Of a stretch of 64,000 bases of DNA, positions 1 to 10,261 are shown one piece after another. Under the pieces are notes generated by a model. That model saw only the letters and a list, made by a program, of their open reading frames with translations, ran no database searches and was not told the origin of the DNA. Position 1 is the first letter of the stretch. Each line of letters begins with the position of its first letter. The stretch spans positions 90,907-154,906 of the forward strand of contig CAKPMJ010000002.1 of the NCBI GenBank assembly GCA_934167965.1, written 5' to 3'. Source of the stretch: an uncultured Clostridia bacterium (GTDB taxonomy: Bacteria > Bacillota > Clostridia > TANB77 > CAG-508). A program made the position numbers and the translations under genes.

Positions 1-991
1 CTCCTTTTTTCGAGCACGACCTTTTAATTATAACATTTTTTTCACGTTTTGTCAAATTTTTGACATTTATTGTCACTTCTCCCATTTCATCAGTTCTATA
101 AATTTGTATATTTTTTGCCTCTAAATCTTGTATTGTAATGTCTGCTGGATGCCCAAATTTGTTGTCTTTTCCCACTCCAATTAATGCATATTTTGGATTA
201 ACTGCATTTATAAAATCTATTGTAGATGATGTTTTTGATCCATGATGAGCAACCTTTAAGACAGTTGATTTTAACAGATTCTTATATTTAACTATAATTG
301 CTTTTTCTGCAATTTCTTCAATATCTCCTGTAAATAATATAGAAAATCTTTTATGCACCAATTTACAAACTAACGAATTATTATTAATAGCATTTTGAGT
401 AATTATATTATCTGAGTCTGGCCATAAAACATCAAAATATAAATCTCTTTCTATACTAATTCTACTTCCTGCTTCTACAATTTTTACTTTAATATTTTTC
501 TCTTTTATTATATTAACAAATTTCTTATAATTATCATTTTCTTCATATTGTTTTCCAATAATTACATTTTGAACCTTCATTTCTTGCATAATATAAAGTA
601 AACCTTGACAATGATCTGTATCAAAATGACTTATAATTATATAATCAATTTTTCTTATCCTCCTTGCAAGTAAATATGGCATCAAAGTTTTTTCTCCTAC
701 ATTATAGTCGCCAAGTTCTGTACCTCCTCCGTCAATTAAAATTTTTTTATTTAGTGGTGTTATTATCAAAGTAGAATCCCCTTGACCTACATCTATAAAA
801 TATATCCTTAAATTTTTTGGTACTATTGCTATAATAAAAGAACATATACATATTATACATATAGTACTTATCACTTTATTTTTATTTTTTCTATACTTAT
901 ATTTAGCTAAACTCACTAGGTTTCTTATTCTTTGATAAAAAACTGATGGATTTTTTTCTTTATATACTGAGAATAAAAAATTTCCGAATTA
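1..991 (-). pseudogene. comEC: ComEC C-terminal metallo-beta-lactamase domain segment, partial (runs off the window start). It is in a different reading frame from the upstream ComEC ORF, so ComEC is frameshifted here or the sequence has an error.
   Basis: Hand translation of the minus strand gives ...IYFIDVGQGDSTLIITPLNKKILIDGGGTELGDYNVGEKTLMPYLLARRIRKIDYIIISHFDTDH..., with the MBL motifs DVGQGDS and HxHxDH. Its codon phase differs from ORF 960..2435. This frame has a stop near 989-991. Confidence 0.6.
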
Positions 992-2435
992 AAATTATGA
1001 TATAATAAATAATTATTTCTAATATTGATGGGGTAATGAGATATGTACTACTAAAAGGTAACTTAGCTCCCATTTTAGAAATTTCTAATACCAACCTTAT
1101 AACAAATTCTAAAATTTTTATATATAAACATTTTATTATTCCTAATTCAAAAAAACTTAAAATAATAAATATAAAGCATAAAATTATTACTGGTCCAATT
1201 ATAAATCCTACCAATATACTTATAATTAGACTGGATATAGCTAATTTATTAAAATAAATTACCATTATTGGAATTATGAATAACATTGCCGAAACTGTGA
1301 CTGACTTTGTATTTTTATATAACAATATAATGCCTATTGTCCCAGCATAAGAGAGTAATACACTTGTGCTTTTTATTAAAAATGGATTACATATTAGCAA
1401 TACTAAAGCAGATAATGCAATGTTATTCCATGTATCATTTTTTCTATGAATTACTCCTGATAAAATTGCTATAATTCTCATAATTCCTGCTCTTACTACT
1501 GATGGCAAACATCCTGTTAAAAAGACGTAAAAAATAAGAATTATGCTAGTTCCTATCTTTGATTTTCCTTTTCCTATTATTTTATCTAATATCCAGCCAA
1601 CAAAAAATATTATATATCCAACATGTAATCCCGATATTGCTAAAACATGCGATATATTGCTATCCTGAAAATCTTGTTTTACTTCTTTACTAATATCATT
1701 TGTATCACCTAATGTTAACCCCAATAACATACTTGATATTTCTTTATTAAGTAAGCTTTGCACTCTATTTTTTATACTTAAAGTTATATTATTTAAAATT
1801 TTTAATGGTGAATTTCTAGCTTCTTCTATATCAATTACATTTTTTAGTTCTAGAGTTCCATAAATCTTTTTTGTCTTTAAATATTCTTTATAATCAAAAC
1901 CTTTATAATTTCTTCTTGAAGTTGGTTCCTTAAAAATTCCATTAATTTTTATTTGCTGCCCATAATTTAATTCATCTATTTTTTGCTTTTTATTTATACT
2001 TAAAATTAAATAAGTGTTTTTATATACTCTACTATTATTTACTGATTTAACTTTTATTTTATATACATCTTTATTTTGTTTTTCTTCTACATTGCTTATA
2101 ACAACTGCCTCTACAATCACCTCTTTATTATTAAAATTAACATATAAATTTTGGTATTTGTTATTTTGAAATATTGTTATTGAATTTGAAATCACTGAAC
2201 TAATAATTATTATTTTTAATACTTTTGATGTGAATATAATTTTTAAATATCTACTATATCTCTTAAATGATACTAGTTTAAATTTTGATTTTTTTACTTT
2301 TTTATTTTTATTAACTATATTGATTAAATATATAACCAGATATAAAAAGACTATACTGATTTTACAGTATAGCCCCAATATTATTCCTATTATATATCCA
2401 ATTACACAACTTATAATTGGTCTTACTTCTAACAT
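960..2435 (-). CDS. comEC: ComEC/Rec2 DNA internalization channel protein: N-terminal DUF4131 plus competence domain. The C-terminal MBL domain is out of frame (see 1..991).
   Basis: Polytopic membrane protein with a competence-domain signature (LLGLTLGDTNDISKEVKQDFQDSNISHVLAISGLHVGYIIFFVGWIL). Confidence 0.75.
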   Translation of the reverse strand: MLEVRPIISCVIGYIIGIILGLYCKISIVFLYLVIYLINIVNKNKKVKKSKFKLVSFKRYSRYLKIIFTSKVLKIIIISSVISNSITIFQNNKYQNLYVNFNNKEVIVEAVVISNVEEKQNKDVYKIKVKSVNNSRVYKNTYLILSINKKQKIDELNYGQQIKINGIFKEPTSRRNYKGFDYKEYLKTKKIYGTLELKNVIDIEEARNSPLKILNNITLSIKNRVQSLLNKEISSMLLGLTLGDTNDISKEVKQDFQDSNISHVLAISGLHVGYIIFFVGWILDKIIGKGKSKIGTSIILIFYVFLTGCLPSVVRAGIMRIIAILSGVIHRKNDTWNNIALSALVLLICNPFLIKSTSVLLSYAGTIGIILLYKNTKSVTVSAMLFIIPIMVIYFNKLAISSLIISILVGFIIGPVIILCFIFIILSFFELGIIKCLYIKILEFVIRLVLEISKMGAKLPFSSTYLITPSILEIIIYYIIILIRKFFILSI

Positions 2436-2443
2436 TTTTCTCC

Positions 2444-3853
2444 TTAATCTATTATTCTTCTTGCTGTAATATAAGTTTTTTTGTAATAGCTATTTGATAA
2501 AGATGTTATTATAATTCCTTTTTTAGGATTTGCAGCATGTATGAAATTATTTCCCCCTATATATATTCCTACATGTCCTGAAAAACATACAAGATCCCCT
2601 GCTTTCAAGTTTGCTTTTTTCACTTCTTTACCATTACTTCTTTGCCCACCTGATGTTCTACTTAAAGAATATCCAAAATGTTTATATACATATGATGTAA
2701 ATCCTGAACAGTCAAATGTATCAGGTCCTGCAGTTCCATATACATATTTATGTCCTAAATATTTTTTTGCATATTCTACAACTTTTGCACCTGTAACACT
2801 ATTGTTGTCTTCTTTCTTACTTTCAGTTTTATTTTTAATTTTACTCTCTTTCTTTTCTTCTTTTTTGTTTTCAGCTTTTGCGTCTTTTTCTTCCTTTTTT
2901 TCTTCTTTTTGATCTTTTGGTTCTATTTCCGGAGTTCTATCATTCTCTAGGCTTCTTGATGATACTTCTTCTACCTTTTTGTTTGATAAATATTCAGTTG
3001 ATATATATCCTGTAAGATTTCCAATTTTTACTTTACTCCATGTATTGTCTACTTTTTCTATTACTGTAACTTCTGTATTTCTTAATAATTGATCCATTAT
3101 TTCAGAAGTTGTATTTGCTTCTCTTCTTAAATTAACTGTCTTAGAACTTATATACATTTTTTTAGTTTGTGTTGTTTTGCTTTCTTCTTTTTTAGTTTCT
3201 TCCTTTTTTTCCTCTTTCTTAGTTTCTGTTTTCTCCTCTTTCTTTTCTTCTGTTTTTGGTTCTGCTTCTGGTTCATTATTTGCAATATTATTTTCTAAGT
3301 TAGTTTTTATCACCCAACCACTTTGCTTATCTGATTCTACATAGCACCAGTTTCCTAATATTTCAGAGATTGTTACATCACTATTTTTAGATATATTTTC
3401 TACTTTGCTTGAGTTAATTAGTGGTAATATTCTTATCTCTATTTTTCTTGATACTTTTATTGTGTTTCCTTCTTTTATTTCAACCTTTTGAGAAGTGTTA
3501 TCCACATTTTCTTCTACTTTTGTTGATTTTTCTACTGTTTCCTCTTTTTTTTCTTCTGTTTTAGTTTCTTCTTTTTTGGCTACTGATAATAAATCGTTTC
3601 TAATATATCCTTCATACTCTAATCCATTTGACTTGTATTTTACTTTATACCATTCTCCTTCTTCTCCAAGTATCTCTACTTTTTTATTTTTAGATATAGA
3701 TACTACTGTTTCTGAACTTGTTGATGCCTTCTGTCTTATTCTTGTTGAATCATTTTTTGTTTTTCCTTCAGTAGCAGCATATACTTGTGTATTTATTAAT
3801 ATTAATCCTATGTAAATTATTACTGATATTATTATCAATTTTATTTTTTTCAT
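2444..3853 (-). CDS. Secreted NlpC/P60 (C40) cell-wall peptidase with SH3b-like repeats and a Glu/Lys-rich linker
   Basis: N-terminal signal peptide; C-terminus reads ...GHKYVYGTAGPDTFDCSGFTSYVYKHFGYSL...GDLVCFSGHVGIYIGGNNFIHAANPKKG (Cys-His catalytic core of NlpC/P60). Confidence 0.8.
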   Translation of the reverse strand: MKKIKLIIISVIIYIGLILINTQVYAATEGKTKNDSTRIRQKASTSSETVVSISKNKKVEILGEEGEWYKVKYKSNGLEYEGYIRNDLLSVAKKEETKTEEKKEETVEKSTKVEENVDNTSQKVEIKEGNTIKVSRKIEIRILPLINSSKVENISKNSDVTISEILGNWCYVESDKQSGWVIKTNLENNIANNEPEAEPKTEEKKEEKTETKKEEKKEETKKEESKTTQTKKMYISSKTVNLRREANTTSEIMDQLLRNTEVTVIEKVDNTWSKVKIGNLTGYISTEYLSNKKVEEVSSRSLENDRTPEIEPKDQKEEKKEEKDAKAENKKEEKKESKIKNKTESKKEDNNSVTGAKVVEYAKKYLGHKYVYGTAGPDTFDCSGFTSYVYKHFGYSLSRTSGGQRSNGKEVKKANLKAGDLVCFSGHVGIYIGGNNFIHAANPKKGIIITSLSNSYYKKTYITARRIID

Positions 3854-3980
3854 AATCTACTCCTATTATATTTTTTAATAGTATTAGTATATACTTTTTA
3901 ACAAAAATTGTCAATGTTTTTTGAAACAAAAATATAATAAACACTACATAGCTATTTAAAGCATCTGTAGTGTTTTTATA

Positions 3981-4793
3981 TTATGCACTCTTAAGTTCTA
4001 ATCTTAGCTTATCAGCAATCATAGCAATGAACTCGCTATTTGTAGGCTTACCCTTTGCTGCTGATACTGTATAACCAAATATATTCTCCATTATAGTTGG
4101 TTCTCCTCTGCCCCAAGCAACTTCTATTGCATGGCGAATTGCACGTTCTACTCTTGATGGAGTAGTGCTAAATTTTTGAGCAATTTGTGGATATAAACTT
4201 TTAGTAATCTGATTTATTACATCAATATCATTTATAACCATAATTATAGCTTCTCTTAAGTACTGATATCCTTTTATATGTGCTGGTACACCAACTTCAT
4301 GAATCATGTTGGTAACCAAGGCTTCTAAATTCTCGTTTCCTTTCATGTTATTTATTTCTATGTATGATCTTTGAGTTGTTTCCCTTGAAATGAAATTATT
4401 ATTAGGCATTGGTCTAAAGTTTTTAATTTCTCTAATTCTCCTAATTAATAATTCAATGTCAAAAGGTTTTACTACATAGTATTCTGCTCCTAACGCAATT
4501 GCTTTTTGCGTTATTTTGTCTTGACCGACTGCTGATAACATAATGCAAATTGGCTTTTTTATTACATTACTATTATTGATTCTTTCTAAAACTCCTAGTC
4601 CATCTAAATGTGGCATTATTACATCTAATATTGCTACATCTGGTGATAATTCTTTCACTTTTTCTACAGCTTCTACTCCATCTTTTACCATTCCTACAAT
4701 TTCCATATCCTCTTCATTTTCTAGATATGTTGCAAGAGTTCTACTAAACTCTTCATTGTCATCTGCAATTAATACCGTAATTTTCTCTTTCAC
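3981..4793 (-). CDS. spo0A: Stage 0 sporulation protein A (Spo0A)
   Basis: Receiver domain (LIADDN...D56-like) plus the Spo0A-specific C-terminal domain: [14 protein letters not shown]...[19 protein letters not shown]...[17 protein letters not shown]. Confidence 0.95.
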   Translation of the reverse strand: MKEKITVLIADDNEEFSRTLATYLENEEDMEIVGMVKDGVEAVEKVKELSPDVAILDVIMPHLDGLGVLERINNSNVIKKPICIMLSAVGQDKITQKAIALGAEYYVVKPFDIELLIRRIREIKNFRPMPNNNFISRETTQRSYIEINNMKGNENLEALVTNMIHEVGVPAHIKGYQYLREAIIMVINDIDVINQITKSLYPQIAQKFSTTPSRVERAIRHAIEVAWGRGEPTIMENIFGYTVSAAKGKPTNSEFIAMIADKLRLELKSA

Positions 4794-4924
4794 AGTTTTA
4801 TCCTCCTATAAAATATTTGTAAAAATAATTGGAAATTTTTTACAATTTTAATTATAGTATATTATTTTATAAAATGCAATAGTTTTTTGGAATTTTTTTC
4901 CATTTATTATCAAAATTACATATA

Positions 4925-4960
4925 AAAAAACCTTACAGCGTTAATACTGTAAGATTTTAA
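4925..4960 (-). terminator. Rho-independent terminator downstream of clpX
   Basis: Hairpin CTTACAG-N-CTGTAAG followed by a T-run on the minus strand. Confidence 0.5.
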
Positions 4961-4976
4961 ATATTATTAATATTAT

Positions 4977-6302
4977 CTATGCTGTTTCCTTTTTTTGTTT
5001 TGGCTTTACTTTGTTAATCTTTTTTGTATTGTCTTTTTGAACTCGAGTTCCATCAATAACTACTTCCGGTTTAGAATTATTTAAAACTGTGTCTTTATTT
5101 ACTGTACATTTTGCTATTTGTCGATTTGATGGTATTTCAAACATAATGTCAGTCATTATTTCTTCTATAATAGAGCGAAGTCCTCTTGCTCCTGTATTAC
5201 GCTCTATTGCCTTACCAACTATTGCATCTATAGCATCATCAGTAAATTCAAGTTCTACATTATCAAATTCAAATAATTTTTTATATTGTTTAATCAAAGA
5301 ATTTTTAGGTTCAACTAAGATTCTTGCTAATGCTTCTCTATCTAGCTCTTTAAGTGTTCCTATTATAGGAAGTCTTCCTATAAATTCTGGAATTAAACCA
5401 AATTTTAATAAATCTTGTGGTAATAATTGTTCAAATATTTCATATTTTCCAATATCTTTTTTGCTTTCTATCTCTGCAGTAAATCCTATTGTCTTTTTAC
5501 CTGTTCTATCTCTTATAATGTTCTCTAATCCTTCAAATGCCCCACCACAGATAAATAATATATTTTCTGTGTTTATTTGAAGCATTTCTTGATGAGGATG
5601 TTTTCTTCCTCCTTGTGGTGGTACTGAAGCAACTGTTCCTTCTATTATTTTAAGTAATGCTTGTTGTACCCCTTCTCCACTAACATCTCTTGTTATTGAT
5701 GGATTTTCTGATTTTCTTGTTATTTTATCAATTTCATCTATATATACTATTCCTTTTTCTGCTTTTGATATATCTCCATCAGCTGCTTGAATAAGTTTTA
5801 GAAGTATGTTTTCTACATCTTCTCCTACATATCCTGCCTCTGTTAAAGTTGTAGCATCTGCTATTGCAAATGGTACATTTAATATCTTAGCTAAAGTGCT
5901 TGCTAATAGTGTTTTTCCACAACCAGTTGGTCCTAACAATAATATATTACTTTTATGGATTTCAACATCATCTTTTTCTTTTGATTTTTCTTCATGACTT
6001 ATTCTTTTATAATGATTATACACTGCAACAGACAATATTTTCTTTGCCTTTTCTTGCCCTATTACATAATCATCTAATATCTTTTTTATTTCTTCAGGAC
6101 TTGGAATTTTTTGCTCTTGTTGTTCATCATAATCTTCATCATAATACTCATCTATTCCGTCATTTTCTAATATCCCTTGACACAAATTTATACATTCATT
6201 ACAAATATATACTCCTGGTCCTGCAATTATCTTTTTTACACTTTCTTGTGGTAAACCACAGAAAGAACATCTTACATTTTTAGGTTCATTACTCTTTGCC
6301 AT
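4977..6302 (-). CDS. clpX: ATP-dependent Clp protease ATP-binding subunit ClpX (Lys-rich C-terminal tail)
   Basis: N-terminal C4 zinc-binding motif (CSFCG...CNEC), Walker [15 protein letters not shown], and the ClpX IGF-loop region. Confidence 0.95.
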   Translation of the reverse strand: MAKSNEPKNVRCSFCGLPQESVKKIIAGPGVYICNECINLCQGILENDGIDEYYDEDYDEQQEQKIPSPEEIKKILDDYVIGQEKAKKILSVAVYNHYKRISHEEKSKEKDDVEIHKSNILLLGPTGCGKTLLASTLAKILNVPFAIADATTLTEAGYVGEDVENILLKLIQAADGDISKAEKGIVYIDEIDKITRKSENPSITRDVSGEGVQQALLKIIEGTVASVPPQGGRKHPHQEMLQINTENILFICGGAFEGLENIIRDRTGKKTIGFTAEIESKKDIGKYEIFEQLLPQDLLKFGLIPEFIGRLPIIGTLKELDREALARILVEPKNSLIKQYKKLFEFDNVELEFTDDAIDAIVGKAIERNTGARGLRSIIEEIMTDIMFEIPSNRQIAKCTVNKDTVLNNSKPEVVIDGTRVQKDNTKKINKVKPKQKKETA

Positions 6303-6313
6303 AGATTTCTCCT

Positions 6314-6919
6314 TTATTTTCTATTTACTAGTATTTCATCTATCAAACCATATTCCAATGCTTCTTCAGCCGTCATATAGTGATCTCTTTCTGTATCTTC
6401 CATTACTCTTTCTATAGGTTGACCTGTTCTATCACTTAATATTTTTGTTAATCTTTCTCTCGTTTTTATCATTTGCTCTGCATGGATTTTAATATCTGTT
6501 GTTTGACCTGATATTCCATTTCCACCAATTAATGGTTGATGTATTAGAATTTCTGCATTTGGTGTTGCATATCTTTTTCCTTTTGTACCATTTGCTAATA
6601 GTACCGCCCCAAAACTAGCTGCTAATCCTAAACAAATTGTTTTTACTGGACATTTTATATAATTCATTGTGTCAACTATTGCTAATCCATCTGTTACACT
6701 TCCTCCAGGTGAATTTATATATAAACTTATTTCTTTATCTGGATCTTCTGATTCTAAGAATAACATTTGTGCAACTATTAAACTAGATGTAGTTGCATTT
6801 ACGTCCTCTCCTAAAAAAATTATTCTATCTTTTAATAATCTAGAGAATATATCATATGATCTTTCTCCTTTACTTGTTTGCTCTATTACATAAGGTACTA
6901 AACTGTCTTGTTCTCTCAT
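6314..6919 (-). CDS. clpP: ATP-dependent Clp protease proteolytic subunit ClpP
   Basis: ClpP family sequence (IIFLGEDVN...[16 protein letters not shown]...). Confidence 0.95.
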   Translation of the reverse strand: MREQDSLVPYVIEQTSKGERSYDIFSRLLKDRIIFLGEDVNATTSSLIVAQMLFLESEDPDKEISLYINSPGGSVTDGLAIVDTMNYIKCPVKTICLGLAASFGAVLLANGTKGKRYATPNAEILIHQPLIGGNGISGQTTDIKIHAEQMIKTRERLTKILSDRTGQPIERVMEDTERDHYMTAEEALEYGLIDEILVNRK

Positions 6920-7004
6920 AATTTTTTATTCCTCCTTGAAATTTTTATTAAAAATAGGGAACTTAAAAATATATTTCATTTTTTAACCTCCCTTTTTACT
7001 TTTA

Positions 7005-8339
7005 TTATTCTGATTTTTTAGCTTTGCTTTCTGTTTTGGTTGTCTTTTTTGCTACTGCTTTTTTTACTTTAGAATTTTCAACTAGCAAGTCTATTGCTTT
7101 TTCATTTTCTATTCCTTGTTTTATGTAATTTTTTATATTTTCATTTTCTAATAATTCTTCTGGTTTTTTACCATAGTTTTTAGCCATTTCTTCTATTTTT
7201 GCTTTTACTTCATCTTCTGTTGCTTCTATTTTTTCTGCTTTTATTATAGCTTCTAATGCTAATCTTGATTTTATAGCTTCAATTGCTTGAGGTTCATATT
7301 CTTTTCTGAATTCTTCTTCTGTTTTATTTAACATTTGTAGATATTGTTCTAATTTTAGTCCTTGATATGACATTCTTTGTTCCATATCTTTAACCATATT
7401 ATCTACTTCCATTTCAATCATTCCTGATGGAATATCTGCTTTTAATTCATCACATACTACTTTTAATACAGCATCTTGTTTTTCATATTTTTCTCTATCT
7501 GCATTTTGTTTTTCTAGTTTTTCTTTTATGCTGTCTTTTAATTCTTTTATTGTATCAAATTCACTAACATCTTTAGCAAATTCATCATCTAATTCTGGTA
7601 ATTCTTTCTTCTTTATTTCATGAACTTTTACTTTAAATGTTGCATCTTTTCCAGCTAAATCTTTTGAAAAATATTCTTCTGGGAATTTAACTTTTATGTC
7701 TTTTTCTTCGTCTACTTTCATTCCTACTACTTGATCTTCAAATCCAGGAATAAATGATCCACTTCCTATTTCTAATTCATGATTTTCAGCTTTTCCACCT
7801 TCAAATGCAACTCCATCTACAAATCCTTCAAAATCTATAACTGCTATATTTCCATTTTCAACTGGTGTTTCAATACTTACAAGTCTTGCATTTTTTTCTT
7901 GCATTTGCTTTATTTCATTATCAATGTCTTCAGCTTTTACATTATACTCTATTTTTGGTATTTCTATACCTTTATAGCTTCCTAATTCTACTTCTGGCTT
8001 TGTTTGTACTGTTGCAGTAAATACTAGGTCTTGTCCTTTTTCCATTGTTATTATATCTATTTGTGGCTTGCTTACAGCTTCTATTTTATTTTCTTCTAAT
8101 GCTTTTTCATATTCATCTGGTACTAATTCATTGAAAGCATCTTCATAGAATATTTCTTTTCCATAATATTTTTCTACTATATTTTGTGGTGCTTTTCCTT
8201 TTCTAAATCCTGGTATATTAAAATATTTTGCGCTTTGGAAATATACCTTTTTTATAGCTTCATTAAATTTTTCAGCTTCTATTTCTATTTTTAATTTTAC
8301 TTCATTTGCATTTTGTGTTTTTTCTACTTTACACTTCAT
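7005..8339 (-). CDS. tig: Trigger factor (ribosome-associated PPIase chaperone)
   Basis: 444 aa; trigger-factor N-terminal ribosome-binding region (GFRKGKAP), and the tig-clpP-clpX gene order. Confidence 0.9.
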   Translation of the reverse strand: MKCKVEKTQNANEVKLKIEIEAEKFNEAIKKVYFQSAKYFNIPGFRKGKAPQNIVEKYYGKEIFYEDAFNELVPDEYEKALEENKIEAVSKPQIDIITMEKGQDLVFTATVQTKPEVELGSYKGIEIPKIEYNVKAEDIDNEIKQMQEKNARLVSIETPVENGNIAVIDFEGFVDGVAFEGGKAENHELEIGSGSFIPGFEDQVVGMKVDEEKDIKVKFPEEYFSKDLAGKDATFKVKVHEIKKKELPELDDEFAKDVSEFDTIKELKDSIKEKLEKQNADREKYEKQDAVLKVVCDELKADIPSGMIEMEVDNMVKDMEQRMSYQGLKLEQYLQMLNKTEEEFRKEYEPQAIEAIKSRLALEAIIKAEKIEATEDEVKAKIEEMAKNYGKKPEELLENENIKNYIKQGIENEKAIDLLVENSKVKKAVAKKTTKTESKAKKSE

Positions 8340-8515
8340 TTAAAATCTTCCTTTCACTGTGTTAAAATTTTGTATTTTCAATAATACGCTTAATTATTAT
8401 ATCATATTTTTGGTAAATTGCAACAAATTTTCAATATTTTTTTGATTTTGTCTTGTATTTTTTTTGATTTTGTGATAAACTTATTGTTAGTCAGTTTTAT
8501 TTTAGAATTTAGGAG

Positions 8516-8728
8516 GTGCAATTTATCATGGCTAAATGCGCAATTTGTGAAAAAGAACCAGTTGTTGGTAACAAACTTAGCATTACTCGTTCTCATATAA
8601 GTAAAAGAACTTCTCGTACATGGAAACCTAACTTAAGAAGTGTTAAAGCTGAAATTAATGGAGAAGTTAAAAGAATACATGTATGTGCTAAATGTTTAAA
8701 AAATGGAAAAGTTAACAGAGTATCATAA
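8516..8728 (+). CDS. rpmB: 50S ribosomal protein L28
   Basis: MAKCAICEKEPVVGN...SHISKRTSRTWKPNL...VCAKCLKNGKV matches the L28 family; RBS AGGAGG upstream. Confidence 0.9.
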   Translation: MQFIMAKCAICEKEPVVGNKLSITRSHISKRTSRTWKPNLRSVKAEINGEVKRIHVCAKCLKNGKVNRVS

Positions 8729-8730
8729 TA

Positions 8731-8766
8731 AAAAATGAGATTTTTTAGAAATCTCATTTTTTATTT
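8731..8766. terminator. Bidirectional intrinsic terminator (rpmB and the convergent small genes)
   Basis: AAAAATGAGATT-loop-AATCTCATTTTTT, with A-run and T-run flanks. Confidence 0.7.
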
Positions 8767-8858
8767 TATTCTTTTATTCCAAATAATAATTTTACAATTC
8801 CCCTCAAGGCTTTGGGAACTTTTTTTACAACAATAGTCATCTATGTACCCTCCTCTTC

Positions 8859-9008
8859 TTAGCATGTAAGCCACATACATCCAACAATAGCTATTGCTAG
8901 ACCTATTATAAATAGCCACCCTGCAATTGGAAGTAAAAGTACTAACAATATTCCTAGTCCTAATCCTATAAAACATACACCTATTGTTTTTCTAAATGCC
9001 TTAAACAT
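8859..9008 (-). CDS. Small hydrophobic membrane protein (49 aa), absent from the ORF track. A 24-aa basic ORF with its own GGAGGG RBS follows at ~8768..8840.
   Basis: Hand translation MFKAFRKTIGVCFIGLGLGILLVLLLPIAGWLFIIGLAIAVVGCMWLTC; RBS GGAGG 8 nt upstream of the ATG. The alternative frame in the ORF track (8761..8976) reads as low-complexity nonsense. Confidence 0.45.
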   Translation of the reverse strand: MFKAFRKTIGVCFIGLGLGILLVLLLPIAGWLFIIGLAIAIVGCMWLTC

Positions 9009-9132
9009 TCTATTACCTCCAATCTTTTTTATTATATTATATTGTTTTTTGTAATTTTATGTTCCCTTTTTTATTAACATATTAAAAATCCCATCTATGA
9101 TGATGGGATTTCCTTCAAAGAAATTATCTAGT

Positions 9133-9471
9133 TTAAAGAAATACTCTATACTTAATTGGATAATATTTTATATCATATTTATCTAAGGTTTTCAGCTGAT
9201 CTTTCTTTAGATTCCTAACAATTGTATCTCTCCCTTTTTTATGAGCAAAATGAATATCTTTTAAAATCCCATTTACATTTTTAGGATTTCTGAAATATTT
9301 TGTTTCAATAAGATATAATTCTACTGAAATATCATATCCTAATTGAAAAAGATATTCTCTTTCCTCTGTTGAAAGACTCCACGTTACATACTTTCTTCCT
9401 TTTGCCTTCCGCAACTCTAGTTCTTTTTTTAATTTGTGTAAGTGATATTGTTTTCGCTTCATTCCCTTCAC
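9133..9471 (-). CDS. Hypothetical basic protein (112 aa), possibly a PD-(D/E)xK-like fold
   Basis: ORF with no recognisable family; D-x7-E-x-K arrangement (YDISVELYLIETK). Confidence 0.4.
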   Translation of the reverse strand: MKGMKRKQYHLHKLKKELELRKAKGRKYVTWSLSTEEREYLFQLGYDISVELYLIETKYFRNPKNVNGILKDIHFAHKKGRDTIVRNLKKDQLKTLDKYDIKYYPIKYRVFL

Positions 9472-9622
9472 TCCTTTAAAATATTCTTTGAAGTTAAATT
9501 AAACTAGATATTCGTATTATAACATACATGTCGAATTATGTAAATATTTATAATGTTTTTTGTTGTAAGAAAATATAATTTATGTTATAATTTTTTTAGT
9601 ATATAAAAATGGAGGGTTTAAT

Positions 9623-10261
9623 TTGAAAAAAGAAGAAACTAATAACTTAATTGATATTTTAAGAAAAACATATCCTGAAGCCAAATGCAGCCTTGATTTT
9701 ACAACTCCATTCGAATTAGTTGTTGCTGTAATGTTATCTGCTCAATGTACTGATGAAAGAGTAAATTTAACAACGCCTACACTATTTGCAAAATGTAAAA
9801 CTATTCAAAACTTTGCAAACATAGATTTAACTGAACTTGAAAATATTATTCACCCTTGTGGATTCTATAAAAATAAGGCAAAAAATATAAAAAAATGTGC
9901 AACTCAGGTTTTAGAAAATTTTAACGGCAAAGTTCCTTGCAATATGGATGATTTATTAACTCTAGCTGGAGTTGGTAGGAAAAGTGCAAATGTTATTTTA
10001 TTAGAAGTATTTGGAATAGCAAATGGGATTGCTGTAGATACACATTGTAAGAGAATTTCTAATAGAATTGGTTTGTCTAATCAAACTAATCCATCTAAAA
10101 TAGAACAAGATTTATTAAAACAAATTGACAAAGTTAACTTAAAAGATGTTAATCATTTATTCATTTGGCATGGAAGATATTGTTGTACTGCAAGAAATCC
10201 TAAATGTGATATTTGCTCTATACGTTCTTTTTGTAAAACATTAAAAAAAGATGAACATTAA
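9623..10261 (+). CDS. nth: Endonuclease III (DNA glycosylase/AP lyase, HhH-GPD, 4Fe-4S)
   Basis: HhH motif LLTLAGVGRKSANVIL, catalytic region IAVDTHCKRISNRIGL, C-terminal Cys cluster CCTARNPKCDICSIRSFC. Confidence 0.9.
   Translation: MKKEETNNLIDILRKTYPEAKCSLDFTTPFELVVAVMLSAQCTDERVNLTTPTLFAKCKTIQNFANIDLTELENIIHPCGFYKNKAKNIKKCATQVLENFNGKVPCNMDDLLTLAGVGRKSANVILLEVFGIANGIAVDTHCKRISNRIGLSNQTNPSKIEQDLLKQIDKVNLKDVNHLFIWHGRYCCTARNPKCDICSIRSFCKTLKKDEH

Noticed and set aside
2230-2469. Numerous 60-110-aa ORFs antisense to large genes (e.g. 2230..2469, 5089..5580, 56051..56638)
   Set aside because: AT-rich low-complexity translations lying entirely inside well-supported genes on the opposite strand; typical spurious ORFs of low-GC genomes.
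8761-8976. ORF-track frame MFYRIRTRNIVSTF... (71 aa)
   Set aside because: Low-complexity, no RBS. The overlapping alternative frame encodes a coherent 49-aa membrane protein with a GGAGG RBS, so the listed frame is probably spurious.
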